DNA of 64,000 bases from Squalus acanthias. Lineage: Eukaryota. The translations under genes were made by a program, and so were the position numbers. The DNA lies in contig CM059432.1 in assembly GCA_030390025.1 (NCBI GenBank), forward strand, positions 33,606,001 through 33,670,000, read 5' to 3'. Below the pieces are notes generated by a model. The model was given only the letters and a program-made list of their open reading frames with translations, was not told the origin of the DNA and ran no database searches. This document shows, piece by piece, positions 53,501 through 64,000 of this stretch (the first letter of the stretch is position 1; each line of letters opens with the position of its first letter).

Positions 53501-56500
53501 TGTGTCTCTGGACTGTATGAGGATGTGTCTCTGGACTGTATGAGGCTGTGTCTCTGGACTATATGAGGCTGTGACTCTGGACTGTATGAGGCTGTATCCC
53601 TGGAATATAAGAGACTGTGTCCCTTGACTGTATGAGGCTGTATCCCTGGAATATAAGAGACTGTGTCCCTTGACTGTATGAGGCTGTGTCCCTGGAATAT
53701 ATGAGACTGTGTCCCTTGACTGTATGAGGCTGTATCCCTGGAATATAAGAGGCTGTGTCCCTGGACTGTATGAGGCTGTGTCTCTGGAATGTATGAGGCT
53801 GTGTCTCCAGACTGAATGAGGTTGTGTCCTTGGACTGTATGAGGCTGTGTTTTTAGACTGTATGAGATTGTGTCTCTTGACTGTATGAGGTTGTGTCTCT
53901 GTACTATATGAGGCTGTGATTCTGGACTGTATGAGGCTGTGACTCTGGATTATATGAGGCTGTGACTCTGGACTGTATGAGGCTGTGTCTCTGGACTGTA
54001 TGACGCTGTGTCTTGGGACTGTATGAGCCTGTGTCTCTGGACTGTATGAGGCTGTGCCCCTGAAAAATATGACACTGTGCCCTGGACTGTACGAGGCTGT
54101 GTCTCTGGATTGTATGAGACTGTGTCCCTGGACTGTACGAGGCTGTGTCTCTGGACTGTATGAGGCTGTGTCTCTGGACTGTATGAGGCGGTGTCGCTCG
54201 ACTGGATGAGGCTGTGTCTCTAGACTGTATGAGGCTGTTTCCCTGGACTGTATGAGGCTGTTTCCCTGGACTGTATGAGGCTGTGTCTCTGGACTGCATG
54301 AGGTTGTGTCTCTGGATTCGATGAGGCTGTGTCTCTAGACTGAATGAGGCTGTGACTCTGGACTGTATGAGGCTGTGTCCCTGGAATATATGAGACTGTG
54401 TCCCTTGACTGTATGAGGCTGTGTCCCTGGAATATAAGAGGCTGTGTCCCTGGACTGTATGAGGCTGTGTCTCTGGAATGTATGAGGCTGTGTCTCCAGA
54501 CTGAATGAGGTTGTGTCCTTGGACTGTATGAGGCTGTGTTTTTAGACTGTATGAGATTGTGTCTCTTGACTGTATGAGGCTGTGTCTCTGGACTGTATGA
54601 GGCTGTGTCTCTGGACTGTATGAGGCTGTGTCTGTGGACTGGATGACGCTGTTTCCCTGGACTGTATGAGGCTGTTTCCCTGGACTGTATGAGGCTGTGC
54701 CCCTGGAAAATATGACACTGTGTCTCTGGACTGTATGAGGCTGTTTCCCTGGACTGTATGAGGCTGTGCCCCTGGAAAATATGACACTGTGTCTCTGGAC
54801 TGTATGAGGCTGTGTCTCTAGACTGAATGAGGCTGTGTCTCTAGACTGTATGAGGCTGTTTCCCTGGACTGTATGAGGCTGTGTCTCTGGAGTGTATGAG
54901 GTTGAGTCTCTGGACTGCATGAGGTTGTGTCGCTGGACTGCATGAGGTTGTGTCTCTGGACTGCATGAGGCTGTGTCTCTGGACTGCATGAGGCTGAGTC
55001 TCTGGTCTGCATGAGGTTGTGTCTCTGGACTGCATGAGGCGGTGTCTCTCAACTGAATGAGGCTGTGTCTCGAGACTGTATGAGACTGTTTCCCTGGACT
55101 GTATGAGGTTGTTTCCCTGGACTATATGAGGCTGTGTCTCTGGACTGAATGAGGCTGTGTCTCTGGACTGTATGAGGCTTTGTCCCTGGAATGTATGAGG
55201 CTGTGTCTCTGGACTGTATTAGGCTGTGTTTCTGGAATGTATGAGGCTGTGTCTCTGGACTGTATTAGACTGTTTCCCTGGACTGTATGAGGCTGTGTCA
55301 CTGGACTTAATGAGACTGTGTCCTTGGACTGTATGAGGCTGTGTCTCTGGACTGTTTGAGGCTGTGTCTCTGGACTTTATGAGGCTGTGACTCTGGACTG
55401 TATGAGGCTGTGTCGCTGGATTATATGAGGCTGTGACTCTGGACAGTATGAGGCATTGTCTCTGGACTGTATGAGGTTGTGTCTCTGGACTGTATGAGGC
55501 TGTGTCTCTGGACTGTATGAGGCTGTGTCTCTGGAATGTATGAGGCTGTGTCTCTGGATTGTATGAGGCTGTGTCTCTGGACTATATGAGGCTGTGTTTC
55601 TGGACTGCGTGAGGTTGTGTCTCTGGACTGTATGAGGCTGTCTCTGGGCTGTATGAGGCTCTGTCTCTGGGCTGTATGAGGCTGTGTCTCTCGACTGTAT
55701 GAGGCTGTGTCTCTGGACTGTATGAGGCTGTGTCTCTGGACTGTATGAGGCTGTGTCTCTGGACTGTATGAGGTTGTGTCTCTGGACTATATGAGACCGT
55801 GTCTCTGGAATGTATGAGGCTGTGTCTCTGGACTGTATGAGGCTGTGTCCTTGGACTGTATGAGGCTGTGTCTCTGGACTGTATGAGGTTGTGTCTCTGG
55901 ACTGTATGAGGCTGTGTCTCTCGACTGTATGAGGCTGTGTCTCTGGACTGTATGAGGTTGTGTCTCTGGACTATATGAGACCTTGTCTCTGGAATGTATG
56001 AGGCTGTGTCTCTGGACTGTATGAGGTTGTGTCTCTGGACTGTATGAGGCTGTGACTCTGGACTGTATGAGGCTGTGTCTCTGGACTGTATGAGACTGTG
56101 TCTCTGGACTGTATGAGACTGTGTCTCTGGACTGTATGAGGCTGTGTCTCTGGAGTATATGAGGCTGTGACTCTGGACAGTATGAGGCATTGTCTCTGGA
56201 CTGTATGAGGTTGTGTCTCTGGACTGTATGAGGTTGTGTCTCTGGACTGTATGAGGCTGTGTCTCTGGATTGTATGAGGCTTTGTCTCTGGACTGTATGA
56301 GGTTGTGTCTCTGGACTGTATGAGGCTGTGTCTCTGGATTGTATGAGGCTGTGTCTCTGGATTGTATGAGGCTATGTCTCTGGACTGTATGAGGCTGTGT
56401 CTCTGGACTGTATGAGGCTCTGTCTCTGGACTGTATGAGGCTGTGTCTCTGGATTGTATGAGGCTGTGTCTCTGGAGTGTATGAGGCTGTGTCTCTGGAC

Positions 56501-59500
56501 TGTATGAGGCTGTGTCTCTGGACTGTATGAGGCTGTGTCTCTGGACTGTATGAGGCTGTGTCTCTGGATTGTATGAGGCTGTGTCTCTGGATTGTATGAG
56601 TCTGTGTCTCTGGACTCTATGAGTCTGTGTCTCTGGATTGTATGAGGCTTTGTCTCTGGATTGTATGAGGCTTTGTCTCTGGACTGTATGAGACTGTGTC
56701 TCTGGACTGTATGAGGCTGTGTCTCTGGACTGTATGAGGCTGTGTCTCTGGACTGTATGAGGCTGTGTCTCTGGATTGTATGAGGCTGTGTCTCTGGACT
56801 GTATGAGGCTGTGTCTCTGGACTGTACGAGGCTGTCTCTGGGCTGTATGAGGCTGTGTCTCTCGACTGTATGAGGCTGTGTCTCTGGACAGTATGAGGCT
56901 GTGTCTCTGGACTGTATGAGGTTGTGTCTCTGGACTATATCAGACCTTGTCTCTGGATTGTATGAGGCTGTGTCTCTGGACTGTATGAGGCTGTGTCTCT
57001 GGACTGTATGAGGCTGTGTCTCTGGATTGTATGAGGCTGTGTCTCTGGATTGTATGAGTCTGTGTCTCAGGACTGTATGAGGCTGTGCCTCTGGACTTTA
57101 TGAGGCTGTGTCTCTGGATTGTATCAGGCTGTGTCTCTGGACTGTATGAGGCTGTGTCTCTGGACTGTATGAGGTTGTGTCTCTGGACTGAATGAGGCTG
57201 TGTCTCTGGACTGGATGAGGCTGTTTCCCTGGACTGTATGAGGCTGTTTCCCTGGACTGTATGAGGCTGTTTCCCTGGACTGTATGAGGCTGTTTCCCTG
57301 GACTGTATGAGGCTGTTTCCCTGGACTGTTTGTGGCTGTTTCCCTGGACTGTATGAGGCTGTGCCCCTGGAAAATATGACACTGTGTCTCTGGACTGTAT
57401 GAGGCTGTGTCTCTGGACTGTATGAGGCTGTGTCTCTCAACTGAATGAGGCTGTGTCTCTAGACTGTATGAGGCTGTTTCCCTGGAATGTATGAGGTTGT
57501 GTCCTTGGACTGTATGAGGCTGTGTCCCTGGACTACATGAGGTTGTGTCTCTGGACTGAATGAGGCTGTGTCTCTGGACAGTATGAAGCTGTGTCTCTGG
57601 ACTGTATGAGGCTGTGTCTCTGGACTGAATGAGGCTGTGTCTCTGGACAGTATGAAGCTGTGTCCCTGGACTATATGAGGCTGTGTCTCTGGACTGCATG
57701 TGGCTGTTTCCCTTGACTGTATGAGGCTGTGTCCCTGGAATATATGAGGCTGTGTCCCTGGACTGTATGAGGCTGTGTCCCTGGAATATATGAGGCTGTG
57801 TCCCTGGACTGTATGAGGCTGTGTCCCTGGAATATATGAGGCTGTGTCCCTGGACCGTATGAGGCTGTGTCCCTGGAATATATGAGGCTGTTTCTCTGGA
57901 CTGTATGAGGATGTGTCTCTGGAATTTATGAGGCTGTGTCTCCAGACTGAATGAGGTTGTGTCCTTGGACTGTATGAGGCTGTGTTTTTAGACTGTATGA
58001 GGTTGTGTCTCTAGACTGTATGAGGTTGTGTCTCTAGACTGTATGAGGCTGTGTCTCTAGACTGTATGAGGCAGTTTCCCTGGAGTGTATGAGGCTGTTT
58101 CCCTGGACTGTATGAGGCAGTTTCCCTGGAATGTATGAGGCTGTTTCCCTGGACTGTATGAGGCTGTTTCCCTGGACTGTATGAGGCTGTTTCCCTGGAC
58201 TGTATGAGGCTGTTTCACTGGAAAATATGACACTGTGTCTCTGGACTGGATGAGGCTGTTTCCCTGGACTGTATGAGGCTGTGTCTCTGGACTGGATGAG
58301 GCAGTGTCTCTGGACTGAATGAGGCTGTGTCTCTGGACTATATGAGGCTGTGTCTCTCGACTGAATGAGGCTGTGTCTCTAGACTGTATGAGGCTGTTTC
58401 CCTGGACTGTATGAGGCAGTTTCCCTGGAGTGTATGAGGCTGTTTCCCTGGACTGTATGAGGCTGTGTCTCTGGACTGTAGGAGGCTGTGTCCCTGGACT
58501 ATATGAGGCTGTGTCTCTCGACTGAATGAGGCTGTGTCTCTAGACTGTATGAGGCTGTTTCCCTGGACTGTATGAGGCTGTTTCCCTGGAATGTATGAGG
58601 CTGTGACTCTGGACTGTATGAGGCTGTGTCCTTGGACTGTATGAGGCTGTGTCTCTGGACTGTATGAGGATGTGTCTCTGGACTGTATGAGGCTGTGTCT
58701 CTGGACTATATGAGGCTGTGACTCTGGACTGTATGAGGCTGTATCCCTGGAATATAAGAGACTGTGTCCCTTGACTGTATGAGGCTGTATCCCTGGAATA
58801 TAAGAGACTGTGTCCCTTGACTGTATGAGGCTGTGTCCCTGGAATATATGAGACTGTGTCCCTTGACTGTATGAGGCTGTATCCCTGGAATATAAGAGGC
58901 TGTGTCCCTGGACTGTATGAGGCTGTGTCTCTGGAATGTATGAGGCTGTGTCTCCAGACTGAATGAGGTTGTGTCCTTGGACTGTATGAGGCTGTGTTTT
59001 TAGACTGTATGAGATTGTGTCTCTTGACTGTATGAGGTTGTGTCTCTGTACTATATGAGGCTGTGATTCTGGACTGTATGAGGCTGTGACTCTGGATTAT
59101 ATGAGGCTGTGACTCTGGACTGTATGAGGCTGTGTCTCTGGACTGTATGACGCTGTGTCTTGGGACTGTATGAGCCTGTGTCTCTGGACTGTATGAGGCT
59201 GTGCCCCTGAAAAATATGACACTGTGCCCTGGACTGTACGAGGCTGTGTCTCTGGATTGTATGAGACTGTGTCCCTGGACTGTACGAGGCTGTGTCTCTG
59301 GACTGTATGAGGCTGTGTCTCTGGACTGTATGAGGCGGTGTCGCTCGACTGGATGAGGCTGTGTCTCTAGACTGTATGAGGCTGTTTCCCTGGACTGTAT
59401 GAGGCTGTTTCCCTGGACTGTATGAGGCTGTGTCTCTGGACTGCATGAGGTTGTGTCTCTGGATTCGATGAGGCTGTGTCTCTAGACTGAATGAGGCTGT

Positions 59501-62500
59501 GACTCTGGACTGTATGAGGCTGTGTCCCTGGAATATATGAGACTGTGTCCCTTGACTGTATGAGGCTGTGTCCCTGGAATATAAGAGGCTGTGTCCCTGG
59601 ACTGTATGAGGCTGTGTCTCTGGAATGTATGAGGCTGTGTCTCCAGACTGAATGAGGTTGTGTCCTTGGACTGTATGAGGCTGTGTTTTTAGACTGTATG
59701 AGATTGTGTCTCTTGACTGTATGAGGCTGTGTCTCTGGACTGTATGAGGCTGTGTCTCTGGACTGTATGAGGCTGTGTCTGTGGACTGGATGACGCTGTT
59801 TCCCTGGACTGTATGAGGCTGTTTCCCTGGACTGTATGAGGCTGTGCCCCTGGAAAATATGACACTGTGTCTCTGGACTGTATGAGGCTGTTTCCCTGGA
59901 CTGTATGAGGCTGTGCCCCTGGAAAATATGACACTGTGTCTCTGGACTGTATGAGGCTGTGTCTCTAGACTGAATGAGGCTGTGTCTCTAGACTGTATGA
60001 GGCTGTTTCCCTGGACTGTATGAGGCTGTGTCTCTGGAGTGTATGAGGTTGAGTCTCTGGACTGCATGAGGTTGTGTCGCTGGACTGCATGAGGTTGTGT
60101 CTCTGGACTGCATGAGGCTGTGTCTCTGGACTGCATGAGGCTGAGTCTCTGGTCTGCATGAGGTTGTGTCTCTGGACTGCATGAGGCGGTGTCTCTCAAC
60201 TGAATGAGGCTGTGTCTCGAGACTGTATGAGACTGTTTCCCTGGACTGTATGAGGTTGTTTCCCTGGACTATATGAGGCTGTGTCTCTGGACTGAATGAG
60301 GCTGTGTCTCTGGACTGTATGAGGCTTTGTCCCTGGAATGTATGAGGCTGTGTCTCTGGACTGTATTAGGCTGTGTTTCTGGAATGTATGAGGCTGTGTC
60401 TCTGGACTGTATTAGACTGTTTCCCTGGACTGTATGAGGCTGTGTCACTGGACTTAATGAGACTGTGTCCTTGGACTGTATGAGGCTGTGTCTCTGGACT
60501 GTTTGAGGCTGTGTCTCTGGACTTTATGAGGCTGTGACTCTGGACTGTATGAGGCTGTGTCGCTGGATTATATGGGGCTGTGACTCTGGACTGTATGAGG
60601 CTGTGTCCGTGGGCTGTACGAGGCTGTGTCTCTGGACTGTATGAGTCCTTGTCTCTAGACTGTATGAGGCTGTGTCCTTGGACTATATGAGGCTGTGTCT
60701 CTGGACTGTATGAGGCTGTTTCTCTGGACTGTATGAGGCTGTGTCTCTGGACTGTAAGAGGCTGTGTCTCTGGACTGTATGAGGCTGTGTCTCTGGACTG
60801 TAAGAGGCTGTGTCTCTGGACTGTATGAGGTATGTGACTCTGGACTATATGAGGCTGTGTCTCTGGAGTGTATGAGGCTGTCTCTCTGGACTGTAAGAGG
60901 CTGTGTCTCTGGACTATAGGAGGCTGTGACTCTGGACTATATGAGGCTGTGTTTCTGGACTGAATGTGTCTGTGTCTCTGGACTGTATGTGGCTGTGTCT
61001 CTGGACTGTATGAGGCTGTGTCCTTGGACTGTATGAGGCTGTGACTCTGGACTGTATGAGGCTGTGTTGCTGGACTGGATGAGCCTGTGTGTCTGGACTG
61101 TATGATGCTGTATCTCTGGACTGCATGAGGCTGTGTCCCTGGACTGTATGATGCTGTATCTCTGGACTGCATGAGGCTGTGTCTCTGGACTTTATGAGGC
61201 TGTGTCTCTGGACTTTATGAGGCTGTGTCTCTGGACTGAATGAGGCTGTGTCGCTGGATTATATGAGGCTGTGACTCTGGACAGTATGAGGCTGTGTCTC
61301 TGGACTGTATGAGGCTGTGTCTCTGGACTGTATGAGGCTGTGTCTCTGGACTTTATGAGGCTGTGTCGCTGGATTATATGAGGCTGTGACTCTGGACTGT
61401 ATGAGGCTGTGCCCCTGGAAAATATGACACTGTGTCTCTGGAATGTATGAGGCTGTGTCTCTAGTCTGAATGAGGCTGTGTCACTCGACTGTATGATGCT
61501 GTTTCTCTGGACTGCATGAGGCTGTTTTTCTGGACTGCATGAGGCTGTGTCCCTGGACTGTACAAGGCTGTCTCTGGGCTGCATGAGGCTTTGTCTCTGG
61601 ACTGTATGAGGCTGTGTCCCTGGACTATATGAGGCTGTGTCTCTGGACTGAATGAGGCTGTGTCCGTGGGCTGTATGAGGCTGTGTCTCTGGACTGTATG
61701 AGTCCTTGTCTCTAGATTGTATGAGGCTGTGTCCTTGGATTTTATGAGGCTGTGTCTCTGGACTGCATGTGGCTCTAACTCTGGACTGTATGAGGCTGTG
61801 ACTCTGGACTGTATGAGGCTGGGTCTCTGGACTGTATGAGGCTCTGACTCTGGACTGTATGAGGCTGTGACTCTGGACTGTATGAGGCTGGGTCTCTGGA
61901 CTGTATGAGGCTGTGTCTCTGGACTGAATGAGGCAGTGACTCTGGACTGTGTGAGGCTGTGTCTCTGGACTGTATGAGGCGGTGTCCCTGGATTGTATGT
62001 GGTTGTGTCCCTGGAATATGTGAGGCTGTGTCCCTGGACTGTATGAGGCTGTGTCCCTGGAATATATGAGATTGTGTCCCTGGACTGTATGAGGCTGTGT
62101 CCCTGGAATATATGAGGCTGTGTCCCTGGACTGTATGAGGCTGTGTCTCTGGACTGTATGAGGCTGTGTCTCTGGACTTTATGAGGCTGTGTCGCTGGAT
62201 TATATGAGGCTGTGACTCTGGACTGTATGAGGCTGTGACTCTGGACTTCTGTGCCCCTGGAAAATATGACACTGTGGGGTAAAAATTCACTTGGTTGCGC
62301 CACCCGTTAGCGCCTTAAGAGGGCGCTAATGGGGCGCAAAGCCGCTAACGCCCGGGCGCAGCGATGTTTGCGCCGCTCGAGAACTTAACTTGAGATTGTG
62401 CGGCGGCGCTAAAACTTACCGCTGCGACCACCTGCGCGCGCAGATTGTGACGTCATTCCATGGTGCAACGCCCTTGGGGCGCCCCGTAGCGGAAATTGAG

Positions 62501-64000
62501 TGGCGCCCCCTGCCTTACCGCCTGGCGCTTCCAACGACCAGAAGACTGGAACGCTATCAATCGCTGTGGGGCTGGGGGGGGCGCTATTTAAAGGGGGCCT
62601 CTTCCTGTCTTTTATTGTTGGTGGCATTTTTGAACTACTCATTCTGAGAGAGAGAGGGAGAGACTTCTGGAGAGATTCAACGTTGTGTGAAGGAGTTTTG
62701 GGTACTGAGCAGCACTTTGCAGGTTCATTTTGATTTGCCATTCCTTGTATCGATTTAGCAGAGAACGTGGGAGCTGCACTCTGAGCTCTTTGCCTGGTGC
62801 TCTCCGTTGTTCTTTCCAGCACATTTGATGTACAGGTCTCTCCAGGCCGAGATTCAAGGCAGCAATGAACAGGATGTGGATGGAAAGCAAGATTAACCAT
62901 CCCCTTTAAGAACTGGCCCGTGCCATTGTGTGTGTGTTCCATTGCTGACTGACATTACATGAGCTTCGCCAGCGCTCCGAGTGAGCGCCTCACTGCTCGG
63001 CCTTTGCGCCTTAAGAGAGGTGTGCAGCGCCTGCTTTAGCGCTACACTCACCTCCCGGGGCGGTAAAAGTGAAGTTTCCCGTCAATGCCGATAATTAGCG
63101 CCAGGCGCTAATATTTGCGTCCGGACGATATTTGCGCCCCAAATGGGGCGCGACCTAATTTCTACCCCTGTGTCTCTGGAATGTATGAGGCTGTGTCTCT
63201 AGTCTGAATGAGACTGTGTCGCTCGACTGTATGATGCTGTTTCTCTGGACTGCATGAGGTTGTGTCTCTGGGCTGCATGAGGCTTTGTCTCTGGACTGTA
63301 TGAGGCTGTGTCCCTGGACTATATGATGCTGTGTCTCTGGACTGCATGTGGCTGTTTCCCTTGACTGTATGAGGCTGTGTCCCTGGACTGTATGAAGCTG
63401 TGTCTCTTGACTGTATGAGGCTGTGTCCCTGGAATATATGAGGCTGTGTCCCTGGACTGTATGAGGCTGTGTCCCTGGAATATATGAGGCTGTGTCCCTG
63501 GACTGTATGAGGCTGTGTCCCTGGAATATATGAGGCTGTGTCCCTGGACTGTATGAGGCTGTGTCTCTGGAATGTATGAGGCTGTGTCTCCAGACTGAAT
63601 GAGGTTGTGTCCTTGGACTGTATGAGGCTGTGTTTTTAGACTGTATGAGATTGTGTCTCTGGACTGTATGAGTCTGTGTCCTTGGACTGTATGAGGCTGT
63701 GTCTCTGGACTGTATGAGATTGTGTTTCTGGACTGCATGAGGCTGTGTCCTTGGGCAGTATGAGGCTGTGTCTCTGGACTGTATGAGGCTGTGCCCCTGG
63801 AAAATATGATACTGGGTCTCTGGAATGTATGAGGCTGTGTCTCTAGACTGAATGAGGCTGTGTCTCTGGACTGTATGAGGCCGTGTCTCTGGACTGCATG
63901 AGGCTGTGTCCCAAGACTGTACGAGGCTGTGTTTCTGGACTGCATGAGGTTGTGTCTCTGGACTGTACGAGGCTGTCTCTGGGCTGTATCAGGCTGTGTC
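20543..64000. repeat. 23-bp tandem satellite array, at least 43 kb, consensus GGACTGTATGAGGCTGTGTCTCT, continues beyond the window
   Basis: Head-to-tail units with point variants and occasional 21-22 bp units, all in one orientation. The only large non-satellite interruption is 62276-63168. Confidence 0.98.
62276..63168. mobile_element. 893-bp CpG-rich non-autonomous TIR element (PIF/Harbinger-like) inserted in the satellite
   Basis: TIRs GGGGTAAAAATT / AATTTCTACCCC (11/12 match). TGT duplicated at 62273-62275 and 63169-63171. Removing it restores GGAAAATATGACACTGTGTCTCTGGAATG as seen near 61417-61445. Confidence 0.9.

Noticed and set aside
42360..62275. V(D)J recombination signal array (CACAGCC/CACAGTG heptamer-like motifs, 23-bp period)
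   Set aside because: No ACAAAAACC-like nonamer at 12- or 23-bp spacing and no V, D or J segments. The number 23 is coincidental.
62390..62942. Intact transposase in the satellite-embedded element
   Set aside because: The ORFs are short and overlapping with no DDE motifs, and the element is too small to be autonomous.
20546..63945. Repetitive protein gene (mucin-like, or RNA pol II CTD-like because of SYSP)
   Set aside because: The unit length is not a multiple of 3, overlapping ORFs appear in all three frames, stops are scattered, and there are no unique terminal domains. Starts come only from chance variants.
20543..64000. CRISPR array
   Set aside because: Units are directly adjacent with no unique spacers, there are no cas genes, and the context is vertebrate-type.

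Overview
Eukaryotic, repeat-dominated DNA with no host protein-coding gene I can support. The repeat families (Deu-domain SINEs, CR1 and L2 LINEs, a Penelope-like element, PIF/Harbinger derivatives) suggest a vertebrate, most likely a cartilaginous fish (inference). Positions 1 to about 20.5 kb are a nested patchwork of decayed LINEs, SINEs and DNA transposons, a ~50-bp minisatellite and a few unique stretches that may be conserved non-coding elements. From about 20,543 to the window end lies one head-to-tail satellite of a 23-bp unit (GGACTGTATGAGGCTGTGTCTCT; about 1,850 units by length/23). It has multi-kb higher-order duplications and is interrupted once by an 893-bp TIR element with a 3-bp TSD. 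The many long minus-strand ORFs in the array arise because the unit has no stop codon on that strand, so they are not evidence of a gene. I found no CRISPR array and no convincing new multi-gene system. The best leads are the satellite architecture, the Harbinger-like insertions with non-TWA TSDs, a degenerate hammerhead ribozyme in a Penelope remnant and a CR1-derived minisatellite.
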